Origin: a virus
Virus record (IMG/VR): IMGVR_UViG_3300009370_000002
Reading direction: 5' to 3' (one strand)
Length of the DNA: 64,000 bases
How positions within the stretch are numbered: the first letter of the stretch is position 1; each line of letters begins with the position of its first letter. The notes under the pieces are model-generated. The model did no database searches and was not told the origin of the DNA. It saw nothing but the letters and a program-made list of their open reading frames with translations. The translations under genes and the position numbers were made by a program. Below, piece by piece: positions 34,303-43,537 of this stretch.

Positions 34303-34986
34303 CTATATTCTTATGATTGTTGCCTCGACATCATACCCAAACAATTGTAGTAGAAAGTCCTTCATAAGAGAGTCTTTGCACTTCTTATCCTCTTCGCACT
34401 CAAAAAGTCTCCAACTAAAAGATTTCTTTTGTTCGTATGTCAAGTTGTTCAGCTTCAATATCTCTTGTCTAATTATTTCCATCACTTTCGTATATCTAGT
34501 AGGTAATATATCAAGTTTATCGCAAATGTCAAGAAATTTTCCCCACTTTTTATCATTATACGAAGAAGTAATCTCTTTAAACATTTCAATTTTCGCCAAT
34601 ACTTCAGGAGTTTGCTCAACATTGGAAAATTTGTCGGGATGAATTTTCACTGCTGCTGTTCTGTACATCTTTTGTAATGATTTATCAACTGGGGTGTCAT
34701 CGGTGTTGCCTTTGTTACATTTTACCAAGCCATCTTCATCTACTTCTTGTGTTTTTTTGGGATACACTTTATTAAGCATGTCTTTATTTTCACTATTCAG
34801 CTTCTCAATTGGGATACTGTATTCGGAACAAAACTTTTGATAAAAAATTTCAAATTCTACGTGGGCGTCCTTCAATGTATCCAGAACGTATTCATATTCT
34901 GAATTGGCAAACTCCAGTTCCTTAACCAGTCTCCTATATCTTTTTTCCATCAACGACATGCTATAATTAGTCTCTGTCTTGTCCAA
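34303..34986 (-). CDS. J-domain (DnaJ-like) protein
   Basis: LQKMYRTAAVKIHPDKF containing the HPD motif. Confidence 0.75.
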   Translation of the reverse strand: MDKTETNYSMSLMEKRYRRLVKELEFANSEYEYVLDTLKDAHVEFEIFYQKFCSEYSIPIEKLNSENKDMLNKVYPKKTQEVDEDGLVKCNKGNTDDTPVDKSLQKMYRTAAVKIHPDKFSNVEQTPEVLAKIEMFKEITSSYNDKKWGKFLDICDKLDILPTRYTKVMEIIRQEILKLNNLTYEQKKSFSWRLFECEEDKKCKDSLMKDFLLQLFGYDVEATIIRI

Positions 34987-35878
34987 TTCTGTTGAACTCG
35001 CGATAAGAAAACAGTTGTCTTGTTGGGCGTTGGGTATCTCTTGCCAAGTCAGACATCATGTATTCTCGATATGACTCCCAGGTATCAACATTGTAGAATG
35101 ACTCAGTTGAATGAAGATATCCATCATTGACATCAACACCGACAAAAACATCCTCTGGTTCGAAGAACCTTGCGCTCCATCGCTCTTCAATTGGCATCTT
35201 GCTCCTTGGTAACCCCCTCTCATCCACAACCTCTGTGGTATACATGCCGGTGCCTTTCCTCACATTGCGCCTGTAGATGATGAACTCTTCTCTGCCGAAG
35301 GTGAAGCTTGAGTACTGGTTGTCTTGTACTGTCTTTCCTTCGGAGACTACATAGAAATTCTTTTTGTTCTTTATCTGTCTCCGAACCTTCTGAAGCTCTC
35401 GGGGATCCATAATGCCATAAGGGAAGGACACATAGTACTTGTCTGGTATCATCCACTTGGATATCTGATCGGAAACCTTAAGGGCTGTGATTGCTCCATG
35501 AAGAACGCTCCAGGATAGACAGTCTCTCTTGTCTCTGTCCTTGGGATGCAGAGGAACCCAGAAGATTGGGATACGCTTTCGTCGTTCGGTTGGCAAGGCA
35601 TCGAACTTGTTGTAGAAGTGGATGGGGTCTTGGATGTAGTCTCCAACCCTGTACCTGACAAGAGGGGCGATGTCATCATTGCACACAATCCATATTGTGT
35701 CACACCCTGCAAACGCTGCCTCGATTACTGCTGCCTCTATCATCGTATAGTCTGGTGCTATTGGCAGCAGGCAATCTGGATATGGCATTCCATACTCTAA
35801 AGGTTGGCCGGCAAGCGGAATGACTCCTGCAAGATGGAAATTTGCTTGTGACGAAAAAGCTTTTTCGCTAACTTCCAT
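34967..35878 (-). CDS. divergent nucleotidyltransferase-fold (sugar-NTP transferase-like) protein
   Basis: AGVIPLAG...DCLLPI...MIEAAV...AGCDTIWIV; GxGTR loop missing. Confidence 0.65.
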   Translation of the reverse strand: MEVSEKAFSSQANFHLAGVIPLAGQPLEYGMPYPDCLLPIAPDYTMIEAAVIEAAFAGCDTIWIVCNDDIAPLVRYRVGDYIQDPIHFYNKFDALPTERRKRIPIFWVPLHPKDRDKRDCLSWSVLHGAITALKVSDQISKWMIPDKYYVSFPYGIMDPRELQKVRRQIKNKKNFYVVSEGKTVQDNQYSSFTFGREEFIIYRRNVRKGTGMYTTEVVDERGLPRSKMPIEERWSARFFEPEDVFVGVDVNDGYLHSTESFYNVDTWESYREYMMSDLARDTQRPTRQLFSYREFNRIGQDRD

Positions 35879-36639
35879 GATTTGCCCTCCTTGTTCCTGT
35901 TCGTTATAATCTCATCGAATGTTCGCTTTGGTTTGTAATCGTGTATCGTCTCTCTGTAAGCGTGTTCTATCTTAAGGGAGTAGTGGTTGTGTTTGCCGTT
36001 AGGAGCATAGCCGTTCTTAAGCCCTCTTATTCCAGCGTGTTGCATCATTTTAAGCGTCTTCAGTCGAGCCATACCTTCGGTACAGTGAGGGCTCGAAAGC
36101 TCGTTTTTGAGCAAGCGTGAGGCGGCACAGACATCCTTCTTGGCACTACTTGAGCCAATGCGAGTTGGTTGATAAAAGTGCAGAGTGTGAACGAAATCGT
36201 AATCAGGATCTATGATGGTGTTGTGCTGGTGATTGTTACCAGAGCGAACATGAAACCAGTCATAGACATTTGCAGTCTCATAGTCTACCTCTTCAAAGAT
36301 AACAGCTTCATCATACGAGATGTTTATTCTCTTGTTGTGTTCTGTTATCAGAGTAATCTTGTTCTTGTCTTTGCGATTAGTTATAACGATGTTAGGCATA
36401 ATGATTTGTCCTGTCATTGACATCAGGAAGGTGAGCCTATCCCACATCTCCGACTTGTATATCTTCCTCTTGTTGTCATAGCCCAGGAACTTTATCTCCT
36501 CTTCATATTCAACCGTTGATAGCTGAAACGGATAGAGAGATTCCACAAGAAGAACCTGCTCATCGTTAAGAAAGCTATGTAGAAGACACTCCAATGAGCC
36601 GCCAAAGTTTAACTTTTCAAAGTGGTAGTCTGTCTTCAC
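35797..36639 (-). CDS. hypothetical protein, degenerate Rossmann-like N-terminus
   Basis: NFGGSLECLL; weak support. Confidence 0.45.
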   Translation of the reverse strand: MKTDYHFEKLNFGGSLECLLHSFLNDEQVLLVESLYPFQLSTVEYEEEIKFLGYDNKRKIYKSEMWDRLTFLMSMTGQIIMPNIVITNRKDKNKITLITEHNKRINISYDEAVIFEEVDYETANVYDWFHVRSGNNHQHNTIIDPDYDFVHTLHFYQPTRIGSSSAKKDVCAASRLLKNELSSPHCTEGMARLKTLKMMQHAGIRGLKNGYAPNGKHNHYSLKIEHAYRETIHDYKPKRTFDEIITNRNKEGKSWKLAKKLFRHKQISILQESFRLPANL

Positions 36640-37241
36640 TTCTTCCTCTTGTTTTTAAGCCACATGTCCTTATTCATTTGAATCAGCTTCTCTGGTGACC
36701 ATGCCATTTGCGAAGCAAACTTGCCTGACTTTTTGTCAGCAAGGGGAGCGCTAGCTGCATGGTAATTGGGCTTGATATAATAGATGTAAACCTCCTCGAT
36801 GTCTGCATCGGAAGGGATGCTCTGTTCCATTTGGAAATCCAAGTCCTGGAGGACTGCGTCTATCTTTTCAACTGGTGAGCCTGTTACCTTTGGAGAGTTA
36901 TCAAAAATAACTCCCGTTCTAACATTATCGGTGTCCATTATTTCATAAGGTGTCCTGCCCATGTAAATATACCTCATCACATGTAAGTCCTTTACTGCTC
37001 TGGCTTTTTCATCGTCCGATAGTTTCGCTACGAAACTTTCCATCTGCCCAAAGGCTTGGCTGCTGTACATAAAATTCTTCAGCACTGATTTGAAAGTCGA
37101 ACGCATATCTTTCTGGCGTAGATTATCAGGAGTAGCTCTATCGTGTGGGTTGTTCCTTCGGTATTCAGGTTGGCCAGCCCACTTTTCAGTCGGTGCTGTC
37201 TCCATTATCCACTTCTTCCATTCTTGTATTATCTTCTTCAT
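36636..37241 (-). CDS. hypothetical protein (201 aa)
   Basis: MKKIIQEWKKWIME leader. Confidence 0.65.
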   Translation of the reverse strand: MKKIIQEWKKWIMETAPTEKWAGQPEYRRNNPHDRATPDNLRQKDMRSTFKSVLKNFMYSSQAFGQMESFVAKLSDDEKARAVKDLHVMRYIYMGRTPYEIMDTDNVRTGVIFDNSPKVTGSPVEKIDAVLQDLDFQMEQSIPSDADIEEVYIYYIKPNYHAASAPLADKKSGKFASQMAWSPEKLIQMNKDMWLKNKRKK

Positions 37242-37461
37242 CGTTTGTCATCCTTCTTAAGAACTCTGCTGGAACTTTTCTCATTGTTTCATCACCTATC
37301 AAAATATCATAGGCTATGTAATAAGTAGTTACTTCATCACCTGTTTTGATTGATAAATCATATGGTCCTGCCAATATCATCCCCACGTCCGTATCCATCT
37401 CTCCCGTTATCAGTTTTCCAAATTCGCTAAGAACCACCAAGTCGCCCTTCTTATAGTCCAC
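37186..37461 (-). CDS. SH3/KOW-like protein (LSEFGK)
   Basis: YKKGDLVVLSEFGK...VGMIL. Confidence 0.6.
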   Translation of the reverse strand: MDYKKGDLVVLSEFGKLITGEMDTDVGMILAGPYDLSIKTGDEVTTYYIAYDILIGDETMRKVPAEFLRRMTNDEEDNTRMEEVDNGDSTD

Positions 37462-38176
37462 CTCGAATTTTCCTGTAGGAGTTAACTGCTACTGGCCACA
37501 AGTCTGTGGCAATTTCCAAGACAGCTTGGGCAGCTTGTTGTATTTCCCATTGTGCTCCTTCATGCGTCCTAAGACTAACAAACTTAAGAAGGTTATTGAG
37601 ATTAACAGTGCCGTAATACTCTGTATATAGGTTCTGCGGTAGTACTCCTCTAGCTTGCTCTCGGCATACACCGTTTTTTATCAATCTGTTGTATAGTTTG
37701 AGGCTATTCTTGTGGTGCCATAATACCTCGTCAGAAGCATATGAACAACTAGGCGGTATTAAAGTTGCGCCATAGCCTTCCGAAAGGTTCGGGTTAATCA
37801 ACTCGCTCGGGTTTGATGCTTGCCTGTTTGATTCATGCTGTGTTCTGAAGGCTTCTGGTTCATAAAACTGCAAATCTTTGTCCGTATACCTACGAGAGAT
37901 TTCGTTATAGCTCCACGTTCGGTGGCGGTGATGCTGAGAACGAACAAAAAGAGGAACAATAAATTTAAAGGTAACAAGATTATGTTCCAAGGTGCTGGTA
38001 TGCTTATGTTTGATAAGGTAGTTAATAAGTCGCTTGTCGCTCCCATCCAAACTAGACTTTTCGACACCAAAGCTAACCCTTGCACTATTGACGATGGTAA
38101 TGTCACTGCCCATATGCTGAACATAAGCCACGCTACCGACATTATCATCATATATCTTAATTTCTCTCTCATACAT
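37451..38176 (-). CDS. thyX: flavin-dependent thymidylate synthase
   Basis: RHRTWSYNEISRR signature; HTSTLEH; REQARGVLP; AQWEI. Confidence 0.97.
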   Translation of the reverse strand: MYEREIKIYDDNVGSVAYVQHMGSDITIVNSARVSFGVEKSSLDGSDKRLINYLIKHKHTSTLEHNLVTFKFIVPLFVRSQHHRHRTWSYNEISRRYTDKDLQFYEPEAFRTQHESNRQASNPSELINPNLSEGYGATLIPPSCSYASDEVLWHHKNSLKLYNRLIKNGVCREQARGVLPQNLYTEYYGTVNLNNLLKFVSLRTHEGAQWEIQQAAQAVLEIATDLWPVAVNSYRKIRGGL

Positions 38177-38862
38177 TACTTCATTTCCGTTGGATCAACG
38201 GGATTAGGAGGCAAACCTTGAGGCACTTCGTGCTCTTCGCCACCAATGTTCTTAGAATCATCAAAAAAGGGAATATAAAATTTCTTCCCCCCAGCTTGTG
38301 AGAACATATCTGTTCTTTTTTGTATTTCTGCGTTTTTGAAAATGGACGTTCTATAGTCTGTGATTTCATAACCTGCCATCTCATAGGAGTCGTCATATCT
38401 CATTTCGACAAAATAATAGTGTACATGCTTATCGTCACCAACACTATCTTTCTTGCCGAAGATAAAAGAGTGTTGTGGCCAGTCTTTGTGACTAGAGTAT
38501 GTTGCCATTGCGCGTATATCAACATCCGAAATTACCAATGAATTCTCTTCATTGTTAAAGAATTTGCCCTTTACCTCCTCAAAGGACTTCCCATCCCCTT
38601 TAAGCATATCCTTAAGTTGTATCATCCTTCTTTCATTATCGAAAGAAGATGATTGTTGCCCTAAGGGGTTTTCAGCAGACATCACTCCAAAACCTTTAGT
38701 GGACTCATCAGAAGGTCCTAATATTTGCATGACTCTTTTGAATTTCCCTGGGTTTTGTCCTTTACCTCTCCCTTCTTCAACTGAAGGCTCTTCAATTATC
38801 ACGGATGTTTTCTCCATTTGTTCCACTATCAGTTGCCTAAGAACCTCTTTATTCAATTTCAT
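38176..38862 (-). CDS. hypothetical protein (SAENP motif, DUF3293-like)
   Basis: FGVMSAENP...N..R...L..ML...G..EENS; MKLNKEVLRQLIVE leader. Confidence 0.6.
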   Translation of the reverse strand: MKLNKEVLRQLIVEQMEKTSVIIEEPSVEEGRGKGQNPGKFKRVMQILGPSDESTKGFGVMSAENPLGQQSSSFDNERRMIQLKDMLKGDGKSFEEVKGKFFNNEENSLVISDVDIRAMATYSSHKDWPQHSFIFGKKDSVGDDKHVHYYFVEMRYDDSYEMAGYEITDYRTSIFKNAEIQKRTDMFSQAGGKKFYIPFFDDSKNIGGEEHEVPQGLPPNPVDPTEMK

Positions 38863-39139
38863 TGCTAATTCTCCCATAAATATAATTTTCTAACACTAAA
38901 TAGGTAGTTTCTCCATCTAAATCAATTGTCAACATCATTCTTCTTTCAATAATTATCTCACTTCCCTGTTTGAGGAGGTGGAGGTATTTTGATTCAGATG
39001 ATATAGATAACACCTCACATTTGAGGAATGGGTTAACTGGTTTGGAATAATTGTCCGGCAAAACGATGGCAAGATCGCTTCCCTCTTCGGGTTCTTCTAT
39101 TGGTTTCACGCTAATATAGCGATTAAAGGGTTGTAACAT
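38849..39139 (-). CDS. groES: divergent co-chaperonin GroES
   Basis: LQPFNRYISVKP, IVLPD, EVLSI, LKQG..II, IDLDGE.YLV.E..I.G align with cpn10; 96 aa. Confidence 0.8.
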   Translation of the reverse strand: MLQPFNRYISVKPIEEPEEGSDLAIVLPDNYSKPVNPFLKCEVLSISSESKYLHLLKQGSEIIIERRMMLTIDLDGETTYLVLENYIYGRISNEIE

Positions 39140-39207
39140 GCTTCCTCCAAAAAAATATTCAACATGCTATAATATAACACGTTGAAAGTGAAAAGTCAAG
39201 TTATTTT

Positions 39208-41067
39208 TCAAAACATAATTTCGCAAGCACCAGCGGCACATGCAATTTCGCCTTTTAAATCGGTATTGTCCTCATTCTCCGTTACCTTTTTCAGATTAAT
39301 TGTCTCTAGTGATTTAAACATCTCATTGTATTTAGCTTCATCACAATCCTCAAAGGGTGCCTGTTTATATGTGTGGTCAGAGTGAGGTAAAATTGCTAAA
39401 CCATTATAATACTTACGATTTTCCCACATCCATTTGCCAACCTCATCCCACTCATGAGGCTTAACGGTAATGGTGGCTGAAACATTATTGGTGTTCTGTC
39501 CCTTTCTGTGTCCGTTTGTTACCCAATCAGTATGAACCACCTTAACCCTTGACAGTAAATCAATTGCTGATTCTTTTCTTGTGATAGCTCCGCTGGGTGC
39601 CTTTTGGGGCACTGATATGACTGCCGTATCGTGGGCTCGAAAGAACTCATCCTCAACCAAATCTGAATGGGATTGGACGAGGTAATTGTATATTGCCTCA
39701 TTTTTTCCAACCCGGATTCTGCGGATGTAATGCTCGTTATGCCACGCATGAATGCCGCTAGACGTGCCAAGGACAAGAGACGTGGTTCCTGCTGGTTTTG
39801 TTGTAGTGCAACGGGCGGCTGGGCCGATATCAATAAGACTTGCTACTCTTTCGTTTTCTTCCTTAACTGCTTGGGCAGCAGAAGCCATATCAAGCCTTAG
39901 CACATTCCCAGATGCTATCCCAGTCATCGAAACACCGATTAAATAATCTTTTTCTGTGTTGCGTTGCCACACAGGGCGCAAGTAGTGGAAGTCTGTATAT
40001 GAGGCTTGTAGGGTGCCTATAAGCGATGCTGCACGGGCTCTTGTTTCATATTCCTCTTGGGTATCAATATCACTTACGTTGATTTCTGTTAGATTGCAGA
40101 ATTGGTAAGGACGGAGGCTTATCTCGCAACAGGGATTACAACCATACTCCTTATCATTGGTAAAGTAGATGCCTGGCTCTCCTGCTCCGGATGCCTTGAT
40201 TCGTTCCCAGAGCTTAAGGAATTCTTTTTTCTTTATTCTGTGTCTCATGATGACTACGGAATTGTTGGCTCTGCCTCGTTGTGGGTTTGTCTCCCACCAA
40301 TTGCCTGCCTTAGCAGCAATCATCTCTTCATCGTCAATTGAAAAAAGAGATATGAGCGCAGCCCTACGAATTCCACCAGCAAGAACCGCATCTGCAACAT
40401 AGCACACCATATCGTGAACTTCAATTGGTGCCAATTTGTCTCCATTCTCTTTGTGTTCCAAGAGCCCTTCAATTTTCATGAGACACTCCTTGAGGGGCTG
40501 TGGCCCTGGGGCTTTGCCTCCGCTTGTAACAAGGCGCTCACCCTTCGCCCTGATATCTGAAAAGTCAAAACGAAGCTTCGATGTGCCCTTGAAATATGAC
40601 TTAATGAGCGCACTTACTGCATCTGCCCATCCCTCAATTGAATCGCCAATTAGAAATCGCCTAGTACGCTTGGCATTAGGCTTAAGAATTGGAGGCAACT
40701 TCTCAACATGGTGAGACTGAACTGAATATCCGACACCGGTTCCACCAAGCAACAACAACATTATCTCCCCAAAGACGCGCATGTCATCTATCGGAGCATA
40801 GGCGCAATTAAAAATCCTGTTTGGACTAATTTCAATTGGCTTACCAGCGAACTGCATAGATCTCATAGATGGTAGAACCTTTTTATCATATACCAAAGTA
40901 TACGCCTCTTCTATCTCTTTTTTGAGATGTGGAAATTTCTTAATGTGCATTTTCTTATTCCTTGTCACCAACTCTGCCCATGTTTCTCGTCGATTTTTGT
41001 CTGGTAGGTAACGTGCATACTTCATATGCACGGTAATATCTGATAAGATTTTGTTTGCTTTGTTCAT
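39208..41067 (-). CDS. nrdJ: class II (AdoCbl-dependent) ribonucleotide reductase, monomeric RTPR-like
   Basis: FNCAY, GGTGVG, NPCCEI, TKPAGT, C-terminal CAAGAC; no beta subunit gene. Confidence 0.93.
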   Translation of the reverse strand: MNKANKILSDITVHMKYARYLPDKNRRETWAELVTRNKKMHIKKFPHLKKEIEEAYTLVYDKKVLPSMRSMQFAGKPIEISPNRIFNCAYAPIDDMRVFGEIMLLLLGGTGVGYSVQSHHVEKLPPILKPNAKRTRRFLIGDSIEGWADAVSALIKSYFKGTSKLRFDFSDIRAKGERLVTSGGKAPGPQPLKECLMKIEGLLEHKENGDKLAPIEVHDMVCYVADAVLAGGIRRAALISLFSIDDEEMIAAKAGNWWETNPQRGRANNSVVIMRHRIKKKEFLKLWERIKASGAGEPGIYFTNDKEYGCNPCCEISLRPYQFCNLTEINVSDIDTQEEYETRARAASLIGTLQASYTDFHYLRPVWQRNTEKDYLIGVSMTGIASGNVLRLDMASAAQAVKEENERVASLIDIGPAARCTTTKPAGTTSLVLGTSSGIHAWHNEHYIRRIRVGKNEAIYNYLVQSHSDLVEDEFFRAHDTAVISVPQKAPSGAITRKESAIDLLSRVKVVHTDWVTNGHRKGQNTNNVSATITVKPHEWDEVGKWMWENRKYYNGLAILPHSDHTYKQAPFEDCDEAKYNEMFKSLETINLKKVTENEDNTDLKGEIACAAGACEIMF

Positions 41068-41072
41068 TCCTG

Positions 41073-42428
41073 TTATCCCCTCGCTTCTGCGTATTTATTT
41101 CTTAAGTAAGTCAAATTATCCTTTTGTGACATTTGAGGCTTTTCCGAGTCTGCCTCATCACGCTCCAATACCTTTATTGATACATTTGAAGTATCCATGA
41201 ATATTGGAAAAACCAATCCGTCTGGTCCGTTCCTGTTCTTGGCAATAAAGAATCTTCCGGTATTTGCTTGTTTGTCTTGTGGTGTTCTCGATAGCGAGAA
41301 GATAAAATCAGCCACAAAACACTTGTTGAACGCTTCAGAGATTGACTCCATAGTGATAACCTCTGCATTTAATCCACCCCGATTAGTTTGAGAACATGTC
41401 CAGACTGGACATTCGTGCGTTTGTGCGATTGAGCGAAGCTCTTCATAAATACCTTCTAAGTCGTGCCGCTTTTCTCCGTAGCTCTTTACTGGCTTGAGCA
41501 AATCAGCATAGTCTACTATTATTGTATCGGGTTTAATTCCTCGTTTTTTGAGGCGCTCAAGGTGACTCTTAAGTGTTTGAGTGCTAGCTGATTTTGTTGG
41601 ATACTCCTTTATAATTAGGTGCCCCTTTATATCTTTTACTTGCTCTACGATATTAAATTTGTTTCTCAAATGATCGTTAAGTTTAACGCCAGTCAAACAA
41701 CAGTCAAATCGTTGTCCAACAACAGTGTCTGCAAGCTCCAAGGTGTAATAAACAACGGTTTTGCCTTCCCTGAGGGCTGCGGCTCCAAGATGTACCATTA
41801 ACATGGATTTGCCTGCTCCAGTCGGGGCTATGGCGACACCAAGCTCTGATTTACCCAAACCGCCCTGAGTTATTTCGTCGAGCCTTTTCCAGCCTGTTGT
41901 GACTGGATCTCGGCTCTTAAGACGAAATCTTTCATCTATATCCATATGCCAATCATGCCCAAAATCCACATTAGTTCCAAGTTTCATGGCATCTTCAATA
42001 ACAGATTGTATTTCTTCGAATGAAGAAGATTTCAAAAGCTTAACCGACTGTATCATTGCTTTTTTAAGGACTTGCTTTCGACAAAAATCGATAGCATTAT
42101 CCTTAATAAATTCTGCTCCATTAACCTCATGCTCCTGTATAACCTTAGAATAAAACTGCCTGAGTTGCTTTTGGCATGCCTCAGTATACGAACCAATGCC
42201 AGAAGTAATATTAGACGCCATTATTTCATAAGACGGATGTTGTCTATATTTTGTTCTGTAATCGAGTAGCATTTGCACAAACACCTTGAGATGTTCATAT
42301 TGAAGAAATTCAACATCAAGAACCTCACTGATTTGATCGCAAAATGTTCTATCCTGAATCATTAAATGACACAGATTCTCTTGAAATGATTTTCCAAACT
42401 TCTGGAATGTTTCCTGTTTTAACTCCAT
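41073..42428 (-). CDS. dnaB: replicative DNA helicase
   Basis: APTGAGKS, TLE, IVDYAD, SQTNR, AKNRNG. Confidence 0.93.
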   Translation of the reverse strand: MELKQETFQKFGKSFQENLCHLMIQDRTFCDQISEVLDVEFLQYEHLKVFVQMLLDYRTKYRQHPSYEIMASNITSGIGSYTEACQKQLRQFYSKVIQEHEVNGAEFIKDNAIDFCRKQVLKKAMIQSVKLLKSSSFEEIQSVIEDAMKLGTNVDFGHDWHMDIDERFRLKSRDPVTTGWKRLDEITQGGLGKSELGVAIAPTGAGKSMLMVHLGAAALREGKTVVYYTLELADTVVGQRFDCCLTGVKLNDHLRNKFNIVEQVKDIKGHLIIKEYPTKSASTQTLKSHLERLKKRGIKPDTIIVDYADLLKPVKSYGEKRHDLEGIYEELRSIAQTHECPVWTCSQTNRGGLNAEVITMESISEAFNKCFVADFIFSLSRTPQDKQANTGRFFIAKNRNGPDGLVFPIFMDTSNVSIKVLERDEADSEKPQMSQKDNLTYLRNKYAEARG

Positions 42429-42449
42429 TTTATCCTCCGAGTGTTATAA

Positions 42450-43430
42450 CTATAATATGGTTTTCCTAAAAGCAACCCACAAGTCCCCTAAATGAAGGGA
42501 GCCTTGCCCATCTTGCATGAGCATTTTGGTAATATTCAGCTTAGATAACAAGGGGTTAAAGTTATCCAAAGCAAAGTCAATTTTTTGTTTTCCTTGATGT
42601 GAAATATTTGGCTCATATAATTGCATAATTCTGTAATTACTCTTAACATGTTCTTTGTATTCTAGCAACCTTTTGTGTGCAACTTTTTTATCAATTGTCA
42701 TAAAACAGTGCGTCATAAGCTCATCACAAGAATATGCCCTTTCTTCCTCCAAGAAAGGAAAATACTTCACCATAGTCTTTATCCCAATCCGAGGAACGCC
42801 CTTGAGATTATCTGATGAATCTCCCTCAATTGCCCTAACAAGAGCAAAATTATTTGGATGAACGCCAAACTTCATCCTAAGCATTGTTCCATTAATCAAT
42901 TCTTTTTGGATTGGTCTCCAGATGAACGTATTCTCATTTCCACATAACTGATAGAAGTCTTTGTCTGAGGATACAATCACCTTTGTGTAATCACTGTATT
43001 TCTTGTGTTCATTGACATATGCTACAACATCATCAGCTTCAACATAATCCAGCATCAATTGAATAACAGGCATCTCATTAAGGTACTCGTGAAGTCTAAG
43101 TTGTTGATCTGCCCTATTCTTATAAACTTCATCTTCAGACAATTCAATCATTCTGCGGTTGAATCTAACGGGGCGTCTACCTTGTTTGTAATTCTTATTC
43201 ATAAGCCTCTTCTTCTCTGAGCCTCCATGCCCATCCCAGCATATAACAACCTCATGAGGACGAAAATCCCGACAAAGCTTCTGTAGTGATTTCATGAATC
43301 CGATGGTTCCACCATTTGGTAAGCCCTGTGCGTTCATACTCGGTATGATTGTGTAACTTCTGAGAAACATATTTAGAGCATCAATAATCAATACTCGTTT
43401 TTTATTGTCTGCCTCGATTGCTGGTCGCAT
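42450..43430 (-). CDS. 5'-3' exonuclease/flap endonuclease (T4 RNase H/PolI N-domain family)
   Basis: IIDALN, CWDG, EADD, SSDKDFYQL, GDSSDNLKGV; own promoter at 43449-43477. Confidence 0.93.
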   Translation of the reverse strand: MRPAIEADNKKRVLIIDALNMFLRSYTIIPSMNAQGLPNGGTIGFMKSLQKLCRDFRPHEVVICWDGHGGSEKKRLMNKNYKQGRRPVRFNRRMIELSEDEVYKNRADQQLRLHEYLNEMPVIQLMLDYVEADDVVAYVNEHKKYSDYTKVIVSSDKDFYQLCGNENTFIWRPIQKELINGTMLRMKFGVHPNNFALVRAIEGDSSDNLKGVPRIGIKTMVKYFPFLEEERAYSCDELMTHCFMTIDKKVAHKRLLEYKEHVKSNYRIMQLYEPNISHQGKQKIDFALDNFNPLLSKLNITKMLMQDGQGSLHLGDLWVAFRKTIL

Positions 43431-43476
43431 ATTACCTCCGTTGCTTATAACGTAATTCGTTCCTACTCTTTTGTCA

Positions 43477-43515
43477 AGAAAAAAAATGCCCCCGGCCATA
43501 AAAACCGAGAGCACC
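43477..43515 (-). terminator. rho-independent terminator after recA
   Basis: GTGCTCTCGG-loop-CCGGGGGCAT followed by a T-tract on the minus strand. Confidence 0.75.
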
Positions 43516-43537
43516 CAAGGAGAAAAACAAATGCAAA

